Shown here one piece after another: positions 32,913 to 41,787 of a DNA stretch of 64,000 bases (the first letter of the stretch is position 1; the number at the start of each line of letters is the position of its first letter). Source of the stretch: an uncultured Chthonomonadaceae bacterium (GTDB lineage Bacteria; Armatimonadota; Chthonomonadetes; Chthonomonadales; Chthonomonadaceae); assembly GCA_963817895.1 (NCBI GenBank), contig CAWFQB010000014.1, forward strand, positions 576,001-640,000, read 5' to 3'. The translations under genes and the position numbers were made by a program. A model generated the notes under the pieces. It made no database searches. It was not told the DNA's origin and saw only the letters and a program-made list of their open reading frames with translations.

Positions 32913-33038
32913 CTTACCGCGCCGGGGATGTTTGACAGCGCAGGACTATTATATTCAGGCGTCTACGTTTTGTCAATACGCATTCAATAGGCGGTGGGGC
33001 AGGTTGCGGGTACAATACAGGTGGAGGAACCAATTGCC

Positions 33039-33830
33039 ATGAAAGCGCGACGATGGTTACTGATGCTGACGCTGATTTTCGCAGCAGTCGGGGCGTGTGG
33101 ACTGTGGGTATGGCAGGCAAAGCGGCAGTACGCGCTCAATCGCCAACTCATTGCCGCTCTAGTTCACAACGACAGCAAACAGGCGCTTACCCTCGTCAAT
33201 ATGGGAGCCGACCCGAACACGCGCTACGCCCCGCCGCCTTCTCCTACTTTGAAACTGCTGCTCAACCAACTGCTGCTGCACCGTTCCTCTGTACCTGCCG
33301 ATGACAGTTCTACGGCATTCATGTTCGTTTGTAGCGCGGCATGGTACGGAGCAGGCAACCACATCAGGATTAGTTTCAACTCGCCGGAAGACATACCTCT
33401 GGTTCGAGCTATGCTTATACATGGCGCGGACTGTAAGGCAACCGCCTCACAACAAAACTGGTCTGCTCTGCATTGCGCCGTTTGGAAGGGCCGCCCGCAG
33501 ACGGTTCAACTGCTGCTGGAACACGGCGCGAACATTAACCAACAGGATATTTTGGGCATGACGCCGCTGATGCAATCTGTGATGCCCAATCGTGGGGATA
33601 TGACGCGCCTGCTGTTAGATCATGGCGCAAGTGTCTCTATTGAGACGCGCAGTGGGGATAGCGCTTTACATATGGCCGTATGGTATGAAATTGACAAGAG
33701 CATCATTCGTCAGCTTCTAGCGCATGGAGCCAACCCAAACCTTGCAGACAAAAAGGGAGAAACTCCCCTCCTGCTTGCGCAAAAGCAAAGCCATTCTGAC
33801 ATTGTGAAATTGCTGTGGCGAAAACGGTAG
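33039..33830 (+). CDS. Membrane-anchored ankyrin repeat protein
   Basis: N-terminal TM; SALH/TPL...LLEHGANIN repeats. Confidence 0.88.
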   Translation: MKARRWLLMLTLIFAAVGACGLWVWQAKRQYALNRQLIAALVHNDSKQALTLVNMGADPNTRYAPPPSPTLKLLLNQLLLHRSSVPADDSSTAFMFVCSAAWYGAGNHIRISFNSPEDIPLVRAMLIHGADCKATASQQNWSALHCAVWKGRPQTVQLLLEHGANINQQDILGMTPLMQSVMPNRGDMTRLLLDHGASVSIETRSGDSALHMAVWYEIDKSIIRQLLAHGANPNLADKKGETPLLLAQKQSHSDIVKLLWRKR

Positions 33831-33832
33831 CC

Positions 33833-34034
33833 TCTACCCTCATCCGGCCTCCGGCCACCTTCTCCCTGCAAGGGAGAAGGCTAAACTGCTCATCTGGCGC
33901 GTTGGTTATGGGGTTGTTTCAGGCGTAGAATTTTCTTCTTTATACGCTTGCTTATTCCCTGTTGAACCGCCCATTGAACAATTTAGCCTTCTCCCTTGCA
34001 GGGAGAAGGTGGCCGGAGGCCGGATGAGGGTAGA
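33833..34034. repeat. REP doublet / MITE-like element with about 53-bp terminal inverted repeats
   Basis: 33833-33885 is the reverse complement of 33982-34034; each arm holds a ccttctccc/gggagaagg hairpin. Confidence 0.8.
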
Positions 34035-34159
34035 AACCCCCAACTATTTCCCCAAAAACGCCCTGAACATACTTCTAAAAACGCCGCCCAATGTTAATAT
34101 AACGTTGCTTGCCTAAACCGAATACCGTCCCCACTAACAAGGGAGGGAGGTGCAAAAAG

Positions 34160-34186
34160 ATGCCGATTTACATCCGCCCGCCCTGA
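34160..34186 (+). CDS. Candidate 8-aa micro-ORF MPIYIRPP
   Basis: Strong SD GGGAGGGAGGTG 7 nt before the ATG, in an intergenic region. Confidence 0.3.
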   Translation: MPIYIRPP

Positions 34187-34240
34187 CGCGCCCGAGGTCA
34201 CGACGCCTCTTCTTAAAAACTAGACACAACGAGACCGAGT

Positions 34241-34287
34241 GCTGAAAGCGCTGCATTGCCACTATTTCGACAACGTCTCTACATATT
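34241..34287 (-). repeat. Dispersed 47-bp GTAG-REP-like repeat, copy 1
   Basis: 44/47 identical to the reverse complement of 61833-61879. Confidence 0.8.
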
Positions 34288-34295
34288 TCTCTCCC

Positions 34296-37200
34296 TCACC
34301 TATCGAATTCCAGCAGCCAGTGGTCAGGGAATGCGCCATCATAGACGATCTGCCCGTCCGTTTCACCTCGGCGCAGGTTGGTTTTGCGCAGCAGGCTTTT
34401 GGCTGTGCCGGGAATGACGATGTGGGCGATATGCTTCCCGAAACACGTATGTTGACCGGCCCCGAAGTGGATGTAATCCGCGTAGGGACGACCGGCATTG
34501 AAAGCATCGGGATCGGGGAACTTGTCTTCATCGAACATGGCTGAGGTGGTGCCGACAATAACCAGCGTACCCTTGTGAATCAGGCGTTCGCGGGTTGTTC
34601 CCTGTGCCACAACCGTATCCTGTTCGCAGTGCCGCAGCAGGAACGGATTTTGCGGGTTGAAGCGCAGCGCCTCGAACACATACGCGGCGACAGTCGCGTC
34701 GTCATCGGCAAGCGCGGCCTGATGCGCGAGGGCAAGGGCGTCCGGGCGATCCAGCAGTTGATCCAACGCCTGCGTAATGGCTTTGGAATTGGTGTCTACC
34801 GTGCCGACAATCGTGCCGCCCAGTATCCGGCGAATGGTATCATCGTCCACGCTGCCGGGCTGTTCGTTTTCCATTTTCAGCAGGCGGCTGAGAAAATCGT
34901 CATGGCGTTCAGGGTTGGCGAGGACATCGGTTTTGAGCGACGCGATGCGCGCGTTCAGATAGGCGTTCAAGTCTGCCGCATCGGCAACCGCCTGTTCGCG
35001 CATCCCCGTATCGTTGCCCAGATTCAGGAAAATATCGCGGAAGATAGAGCGCATCCAGCGCATCTGCGTGGCCTCGTCCGGCCCCGGCATTCCAAAGTAG
35101 CCGGCGACAAGGCGCGACGGCACAACGCGGGAAAGCTGTCCCACCGCGTCTATGCGCCCTTCCGAAGCCACCGTTGCCACCAATGTATCCGCCGTTTGCG
35201 CCACAAACTTTTGTATGTACGCGAGATCATCCGCGTGAACGGTCTGGTGCATCAGTTCACATTCCCGATGGTACTGCGGCGTATCCCCCATACCCAGCAC
35301 AAAGTCGCCGGTTTCGCGCTCCATTTTCGCGGCATAGATTTCCGTGACCGAAAACGAGGCTTCATTGTTCAGCACTTCCAGCACATCGGCGTATTTGGAC
35401 ACGACCGCGAGGCCGGGAACCACCATAATGGGGTCGTGTTCGCGCAGGTGCTTGAACAGGGCGCGTAGAGGTATCGGGCGCGCGAGCATACCCTCCAGTT
35501 TTTTGGTGAATACTTCCTTCAAATTAACCAGTTCGTGATGCAGAGTCTGCTCTTCGGCAAGCGCGTCCTGCCATAAATGGTGCAATATGCCGCCCATCAT
35601 TCCTCCTGTTGTTATCGTTGGTCCGGCAGTCTGCCCGACGGCTGCTGCCGGTTCCGTTATGGTCGCCTGAATTGGCGCAGTTGCCTGACTTGGCGCGGCC
35701 GCCTGCGTCATCACAGGTGTCGCGTTTGCCGTAGGCGTTTCATCCATTGCCGACTTTTGGTTTGCCGCAGGCGTTGCGTTTGCCGCAGATGTTTGATTTA
35801 TTACCGATGTTTGAGTTGTTACCGGCGTCTGGTTTGCCGCTCCGGGCAGGGCTGTTTCGGCTAGAAATCGGAGGGCGCGGACACCCGGCATAAAGAAATA
35901 GCCGCCGCCCCGCACCCGCACGAAGCGGGGAATATCGTTGAGTTTCATGCGAACGGGCTGCGCGGGGATGCTCAATCGGCCTTTGCCGTCGTCGTTGTCG
36001 CCGATGAGCGGGTCCTTTTCATCGTACAGGCCGCCGAATTTCGTGCTGTTGAGCCACGTCTGCTGCACGAACTCGAACTGCCGCTGAATGTCGGCGTTCA
36101 AACAGATAAAGCACAGCCCCGGTTCCACGCCGGTCGGATTCCACGTTTCGCCCGGTTTGCGCTTGTCTTCAAAGTGCCGCCCGCGCCGCACAATCCTATG
36201 TCGGTTGGAAAGCACATTGGAACGGGCGGGATTGGGCAGCAGCGAGTCGCGGGGGTTGGCGCGGCGAATATGCGCCCCAATCGGGCAGGCCAATCCCTCG
36301 GCGTCCGTCGTCATAAAATGAAAATCGTTGGTATCGCGCAGGTCGGGCTTGTTGTCCTGAGTTGGGGAGAGCGTGAGCGGAGCGCCGCTCGGCCAGCGCC
36401 CGACAATTTTAGCGGCAATCCAGTTGGTCGTGTCCTGCGTATCGTCCAGTCCCAACTGCGCGGCTTGCCCCTTGACGTAGTTCCAGAAGCCGTCCACGTT
36501 CTGCCCCAACTTGCGGTAAATCAGGTACGTGCCGTTCCTGCCGAAATCCTTTGTGTTGGCGCTTCCACTCGTCGGCGCGGGCAGAAGGGCATTGGTGTCG
36601 GCGGAAGCGGGAACGGTTGGCGAAGTGGGAATCATGTCGTAGCCGTTGCGATAGCCGAACACAAACTCGCCCGCGTTGACCGGCGTATCACCGGGCGTAC
36701 ATTTGCCCGGACTGCCCGAAATGAACGGCTGCGAAATGCCGTCTTCAAAACCGAACGGCTCCTTGTTGCTGATACGCCCCGTATCCTGCTCATACACGAT
36801 TTTCAGCCCGCCGGTTTCTATCGCGGGCAGCAGGCGATTGCGAACCTCTGTCAGAACCTCATCCCCCTCCGCGTACAGCATCAGCAGCAGGTGAAACGGA
36901 GGGTTGTTCGGCCCGCCCATGTCCCATTTGTCGGGCGCGCTGTCGCCCGTATCGCCCAGGACGCGGGGCCGTTCGCCGCTTGCCATGCCCTCCTGAAACT
37001 CGCGGGCGAACATCGCCAGCGATTCGGGGGGAAGACCAAGCAGGCGCAGTCCCTCATACGTGAACGCGATATTGAAGCCGAAGGTGGGTTTGGGTTCGCC
37101 GCTCGGGCGGTACGCCGATGTGGTAATGAACGGCAACAACTGCTTCAATCCCGCCCGCGCCTGTTCGGGCGACCCGATTTGCAGGAACATGAACAGGGAA

Positions 37201-37307
37201 CAGGTGAGATGCCCGTATCCGCTCGTTACCAATCCCTGTATGTCGGGCAGTTCTTCCCGGCGCAGCTGCGTGTCGCTCGCGCTGTTTTCTAAAGTTTCTT
37301 GAGCCAT
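34296..37307 (-). CDS. DyP-type peroxidase fused to cytochrome P450
   Basis: DyP: FGFEDGISQP, GAHIRRANPRD, HRIVRRG; Ala/Thr linker; P450: GTVDT, EALR, HFGAGQHTCFG. Confidence 0.88.
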   Translation of the reverse strand: MAQETLENSASDTQLRREELPDIQGLVTSGYGHLTCSLFMFLQIGSPEQARAGLKQLLPFITTSAYRPSGEPKPTFGFNIAFTYEGLRLLGLPPESLAMFAREFQEGMASGERPRVLGDTGDSAPDKWDMGGPNNPPFHLLLMLYAEGDEVLTEVRNRLLPAIETGGLKIVYEQDTGRISNKEPFGFEDGISQPFISGSPGKCTPGDTPVNAGEFVFGYRNGYDMIPTSPTVPASADTNALLPAPTSGSANTKDFGRNGTYLIYRKLGQNVDGFWNYVKGQAAQLGLDDTQDTTNWIAAKIVGRWPSGAPLTLSPTQDNKPDLRDTNDFHFMTTDAEGLACPIGAHIRRANPRDSLLPNPARSNVLSNRHRIVRRGRHFEDKRKPGETWNPTGVEPGLCFICLNADIQRQFEFVQQTWLNSTKFGGLYDEKDPLIGDNDDGKGRLSIPAQPVRMKLNDIPRFVRVRGGGYFFMPGVRALRFLAETALPGAANQTPVTTQTSVINQTSAANATPAANQKSAMDETPTANATPVMTQAAAPSQATAPIQATITEPAAAVGQTAGPTITTGGMMGGILHHLWQDALAEEQTLHHELVNLKEVFTKKLEGMLARPIPLRALFKHLREHDPIMVVPGLAVVSKYADVLEVLNNEASFSVTEIYAAKMERETGDFVLGMGDTPQYHRECELMHQTVHADDLAYIQKFVAQTADTLVATVASEGRIDAVGQLSRVVPSRLVAGYFGMPGPDEATQMRWMRSIFRDIFLNLGNDTGMREQAVADAADLNAYLNARIASLKTDVLANPERHDDFLSRLLKMENEQPGSVDDDTIRRILGGTIVGTVDTNSKAITQALDQLLDRPDALALAHQAALADDDATVAAYVFEALRFNPQNPFLLRHCEQDTVVAQGTTRERLIHKGTLVIVGTTSAMFDEDKFPDPDAFNAGRPYADYIHFGAGQHTCFGKHIAHIVIPGTAKSLLRKTNLRRGETDGQIVYDGAFPDHWLLEFDR

Positions 37308-38548
37308 TCCGTAATCTCCGCCTCACCGGGGTTGCCGTTCAGCGTTTCGCTGATTTGTACCGACTCGGTGATGTTGCGCACGGTTGCGTTGGGATACGCG
37401 CTGTACCAGATCGCCGCATACTCGTTGCCGCGCCGGCTCCACGCTTTGAAGTCCTCGATGTGCTGCGCGCCGCCGAAAAACAGAAAGCGCGTGGTGGGGA
37501 AGTTGTCCGTGTTGCTCCACACCGAGGTCAGGCCGTAATTGGCTTTGTCCACAAAGTCGCCTAAATAACTGGCCCAACTGCCGTCATAGTTGCTGAAGAA
37601 CAGCAGGCGTTTATCATCGTCAATCAGCAGCCAGCGGGCAAAGTGAATGGTCGGGATGCCGCCCAGTTGCCCCGTGATAAACACGGTCTTCGCCAGCAGA
37701 TTGATGATCCAGAGGACGCCTTTGAGCGTGTTCAGCCTGAATTTACCGGGCTTGATGTTGGTCAGCGTGGTAAGGTGGTTTTGTACCCAGATGTCTTCCT
37801 TGCCGAACAAGCGCGGGTCTACTCCCAACAGGGGTGGTCCGGGCGTGGTATCGTCATGGTGTTCGTACCGGCGCAACGTGGGGACATACCACAGCAGAAA
37901 CAGGAGCAGGGCGGGCAGCAGCAGGATGCCTATGACAACCGCCAGCGCCATATTCAGGTGTGAACGCTTTACAAGGCTGCTGTACGAGTCGGAAGTTTGA
38001 AAGGCCGGAACAACCGGATTTTTGCCCAGATACGCACGAACCCGCTCGAATATCTGTTTGGGTGTCTGGCCGCGCAGGGTTTTGGCGGACTGTTCCGCGT
38101 CCAGACAGGCTTCGATGCCTGCCCGCGTGGCGAGAGCGCTTTTGATGACGGGAAGCGATTGCCCGTAGCAGCCGATGTAGAACGCGGCGTCCGCCACCCG
38201 GTTCGCCAGCAGATATTGCTTCAGTCGCGCCGGCGCGCCGTCCGTTCCAACCGCAAAGCCCTCGCAATGGGCGTAAATCTGCCGCAGTCCTTCGGGCGCA
38301 AGAGTGACAAACTCCTCCAGATGCGCGTCTATTGTGCCGTCGAAATTGGTTTCCCACACGAGGCAGGGCGCGAAATTCGTGTCCCGCTTCAGCACCACCC
38401 AACAGGTGAAGTGCAGCGTTTGAAATTTGGGGAACGGAATCAGGGAGTTGCCCTGAATATCCCCGCCGATGCTGTCCAGCAATGTTTCCAGCGCGTCCAC
38501 TTCGCCTGCTTTGATGCGCGTGACCACACTGAGCGCGTTTTGCGCCAT
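37289..38548 (-). CDS. DyP-associated hypothetical protein with two related domains and a central TM segment
   Basis: TLHFTCW...VWETNFDG and TIHFARW...LFFSNYDG repeats; SD AGGAGG; stop overlaps the DyP start. Confidence 0.8.
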   Translation of the reverse strand: MAQNALSVVTRIKAGEVDALETLLDSIGGDIQGNSLIPFPKFQTLHFTCWVVLKRDTNFAPCLVWETNFDGTIDAHLEEFVTLAPEGLRQIYAHCEGFAVGTDGAPARLKQYLLANRVADAAFYIGCYGQSLPVIKSALATRAGIEACLDAEQSAKTLRGQTPKQIFERVRAYLGKNPVVPAFQTSDSYSSLVKRSHLNMALAVVIGILLLPALLLFLLWYVPTLRRYEHHDDTTPGPPLLGVDPRLFGKEDIWVQNHLTTLTNIKPGKFRLNTLKGVLWIINLLAKTVFITGQLGGIPTIHFARWLLIDDDKRLLFFSNYDGSWASYLGDFVDKANYGLTSVWSNTDNFPTTRFLFFGGAQHIEDFKAWSRRGNEYAAIWYSAYPNATVRNITESVQISETLNGNPGEAEITEWLKKL

Positions 38549-38713
38549 AATGTCCTCCTGACGCGATGCAAAAAGCCAACGCTCCATACAACGTTTCGGT
38601 CTAACTCTTTCGTAGCATATTGTTCTGTAAAGAATACCTGTATTCCTTTGTCCTGTATGTAACTTTCGTAACATTTTCGCCGTTAATTGCGCCACTTGTA
38701 TCCAAACTGCCGT

Positions 38714-38743
38714 TTGACTTTGCGTGTCGCTTCGGCCTATAAT
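38714..38743 (+). promoter_or_regulatory. sigma70 promoter of the peptidase-Hyp operon
   Basis: TTGACT-18 nt-TATAAT. Confidence 0.55.
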
Positions 38744-38870
38744 AGTGTATCTACTTCTGTGCCGCCTTCAGGAACAGCCCGTCATGCCCTGTCACCCATT
38801 TCGTCAACTAAGTAGACCGAGGGCTAAAGTTCGTAGATTCTACATCTCGAAAAACTACGAACTTAGTCCG

Positions 38871-39638
38871 ATGCCCGCCTTAGTCATTCTGCTTTTCCTT
38901 TTTATTTTGCTTCCGCCTGCAAAGGCGTATGTGCCGACTTCCGCGTACAAGCCCCGGCAGATGGAAGGGTTTACCGTTCTGGTCAATCCTGAACTGGAAA
39001 CCCATGCGGAGGAGGCGAAAGCGGCGTTTCAGGAACTGACGGCGCAGTTGAAGGCTATCAATGGCGTTGTGCCGGATAAGCCGCTGAACGCCCTGCACAA
39101 AGTAAAAATCTGGCTGGAATGGGAGAACCGCAAGGATGGGGCGGCGGAGTTTCACCCCTCCGCGCAATGGCTGCGGGAACACGGCTACAATCCCGACAAA
39201 GCGGGTTGCGTGGAGATTTCCAATGCGGCCCACTTCGTACAATGGTCCCATAACGAACAGCCCTGGATGCTGCTGCACGAGATGGCGCATAGCTATCGCT
39301 TTCTGACGCTCGGCGATAAATTTACGGGCGTACAGGAGGCGTATGCGCAGGCGATGCGCGACAAACTCTATGATTCGGTCGCGTATGTTCACGGAACCGA
39401 CAGGCGCAAAGCCTACGCCGCCACCAACGCGGAAGAGTATTTCGCGGAGTTGTCGGAAGCCTACTTCGGCAAAAACGATTTTTACCCGTTTGTCCGCGAG
39501 GAGTTGGAGCGGCACGATCCCACAGGTTACAAACTCATGGTTCAGGTTTCGGGCAAGCCGAAATCTTCGTCCCGAATTGAAGATGTACCCGTACCTGTTT
39601 TCAATAACAACGAACAAAAGAGCAAACCACACTTATGA
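38871..39638 (+). CDS. Secreted zincin metallopeptidase
   Basis: Signal peptide; LLHEMAH; YAATNAEEYFAE. Confidence 0.85.
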   Translation: MPALVILLFLFILLPPAKAYVPTSAYKPRQMEGFTVLVNPELETHAEEAKAAFQELTAQLKAINGVVPDKPLNALHKVKIWLEWENRKDGAAEFHPSAQWLREHGYNPDKAGCVEISNAAHFVQWSHNEQPWMLLHEMAHSYRFLTLGDKFTGVQEAYAQAMRDKLYDSVAYVHGTDRRKAYAATNAEEYFAELSEAYFGKNDFYPFVREELERHDPTGYKLMVQVSGKPKSSSRIEDVPVPVFNNNEQKSKPHL

Positions 39639-40537
39639 CTCAACCGACACCATGGAAAGGCGTATTTCCCGCCGCCACAACCCAATTGAAAGCCGACCAA
39701 TCCCTTGATCTGGACGCCACAGCGCGGCATCTGGAAATTCTCATTCAGTCCGGCGTTCACGGCATTGTGATGTGCGGTTCACTCGGCGAGAACCAGACGC
39801 TTTTGCCGGAAGAGAAGCGCGACGTGATGCGAATGGCGATTTCCGCAGTGGATAAGCGCGTTCCCGTTCTGAGCGGCGTGGCCGAAAATTCTACATCTGC
39901 CGCCTGCGCTTACGTCAAAGACATGGAGAGGATGGGCGCGGATGGCGTGATGGTACTGCCCGCAATGGTGTACAAAGCGGATGCGCGGGAAACCGCCGCC
40001 CACTTCCGCGCCGTCGCCGCTTCCACATCCCTGCCCATTATTGTCTACAACAATCCTATCGGCTATCACGTAGACGTGACGCCCGCGATGTTCGCGGAAC
40101 TGGCGGAAGTGGAAAACCTTGTCGCCATTAAAGAATCGTCCGCCGACACAACCCGCATTACTGAATTGTTCAACACGGTCGGGGATCGTTACGCGATTTT
40201 CGGCGGCGTGGACACGCTTGCGTTGGAATGTACGATGCTTGGCGCGGTCGGCTGGATTGCGGGAGTGGGGCTGGCATTCCCCCGCGAAAACGCCCGTTTG
40301 TGGGAGTTGATGATGGCCGGGGAATGGGAACAGGCGCGAACCTTATGGCGCTGGTTCCTGCCCCTGATGACGCTCGACATCGGCCCCCATTTCGTGCAGA
40401 AGATCAAACTGGCCTTGCAGGAGGTTGGCATGGGGCAGGAGTGGGTACGCGCCCCTCGTCTGCCGCTTGCGGGCGCGGAGCGCGAATCGGTGTTGAAACT
40501 TATTCGGGCTGGTATTGAGACACGGCCTTTGTCTTGA
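39635..40537 (+). CDS. DHDPS-family protein, probable 1-pyrroline-4-hydroxy-2-carboxylate deaminase
   Basis: WKGVFPA, GSLGE, YNNP, AIKESS; operon context. Confidence 0.85.
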   Translation: MTQPTPWKGVFPAATTQLKADQSLDLDATARHLEILIQSGVHGIVMCGSLGENQTLLPEEKRDVMRMAISAVDKRVPVLSGVAENSTSAACAYVKDMERMGADGVMVLPAMVYKADARETAAHFRAVAASTSLPIIVYNNPIGYHVDVTPAMFAELAEVENLVAIKESSADTTRITELFNTVGDRYAIFGGVDTLALECTMLGAVGWIAGVGLAFPRENARLWELMMAGEWEQARTLWRWFLPLMTLDIGPHFVQKIKLALQEVGMGQEWVRAPRLPLAGAERESVLKLIRAGIETRPLS

Positions 40538-40660
40538 ACCCGGATTTTCAGGATTAACGGATTTCAGGATTTCAGGGCGCAAGATTACCGATTTCACGAT
40601 TAATGGGCAGTGAGCCATCCTGTTCATCCAGTAATCCTGAAAATCCGGGTTCAAGACAAA
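40528..40660. repeat. Palindromic element with about 9-mer internal repeats
   Basis: tttgtcttgaacccggattttcaggatta ... taatcctgaaaatccgggttcaagacaaa. Confidence 0.8.
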
Positions 40661-40670
40661 AATACCCTTT

Positions 40671-41675
40671 ATGAACAGAGTCACTGTAATAGATTCACAT
40701 ACGGGCGGGGAGCCGACGCGGGTTGTTGTCAATGGTGCGCCGGAGTTGGGCAACGGCAGCGTTGCGGAACAGTTGCGCATGTTTCAAACGCGGTTTGACC
40801 ACTTCCGCGCCGCCGTTGTCAATGAGCCGCGCGGTTCCGATGTGCTGGTGGGCGCGTTGCTCGTCGAGTCTCAGGAACCGGATTGCGTGACGGGCGTGAT
40901 TTTCTTCAACAACGTCGGCTATTTGGGCATGTGTGGACATGGAACCATTGGCCTTGTGGTTACGCTGGCACATTTGGGGCGAATTTCTCCCGGCAAACAC
41001 CGCATTGAAACCCCGGTTGGCATTGTCACGGCGACGTTGCACGAGGCAGGCGACGTTTCGGTTCAGAATGTGCCTGCGTATCGTCATGCAAAGGGCGTGA
41101 GCGCGTCGGTTGAAGGTATAGGAACCCTGCGCGGCGATGTGGCGTGGGGCGGCAACTGGTTTTTTCTGGTCGAGGAACACGGACAGGAATTAAACCTGCG
41201 CAATGTCGAAGCCCTGACGGATTATACATGGCGGATACGGCAGGCGCTATCCACTCAGGGCATTACAGGACGGGATGGGCAGGAGATTGACCATATCGAA
41301 CTGTTCGCGCCCTCCGAAACTCCCAACGTTCACAGCCGCAACTTCGTGCTGTGTCCCGGCAAGGCTTATGATCGCTCGCCCTGCGGAACCGGCACAAGCG
41401 CGAAACTGGCCTGTTTGTATGCGGACGGCAAACTACGCGCCGGTGAAATCTGGCGGCAGGAGAGCATCGTCGGCAGCCTTTTCGAGGGCAGTATCCACGA
41501 GGAAAACGGTTCGCTCATCCCGACCATTCGCGGTTCCGCCTACGTCAACGCGGAAGCAACCCTGATTTTCAACCCTGACGATCCTTTCTGTTGGGGGATT
41601 GCCCTCACCCCCGCCCCTCTCCCAAAAAAGCCTGAGAGAGGGGAGACTGATATACTGGAAAATGGGGCTGAATAG
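40671..41675 (+). CDS. 4-hydroxyproline 2-epimerase (proline racemase family)
   Basis: [26 protein letters not shown] (Cys/Cys pair). Confidence 0.92.
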   Translation: MNRVTVIDSHTGGEPTRVVVNGAPELGNGSVAEQLRMFQTRFDHFRAAVVNEPRGSDVLVGALLVESQEPDCVTGVIFFNNVGYLGMCGHGTIGLVVTLAHLGRISPGKHRIETPVGIVTATLHEAGDVSVQNVPAYRHAKGVSASVEGIGTLRGDVAWGGNWFFLVEEHGQELNLRNVEALTDYTWRIRQALSTQGITGRDGQEIDHIELFAPSETPNVHSRNFVLCPGKAYDRSPCGTGTSAKLACLYADGKLRAGEIWRQESIVGSLFEGSIHEENGSLIPTIRGSAYVNAEATLIFNPDDPFCWGIALTPAPLPKKPERGETDILENGAE

Positions 41676-41787
41676 TTGCCTGTTTTATTCTTGCCTCGGA
41701 AACTGCAAAAGCAGAAAACATAACTTCATCAAAAATAAAGCCCCCTCTCCCAAGCTTTTTGGGGAGAGGGGGTTGGGGGTGAGGGCT
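41601..41787. repeat. Inverted REP doublet
   Basis: gccctcacccc...gagagagggg at 41601-41645 and an inverted copy at 41739-41787. Confidence 0.7.
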
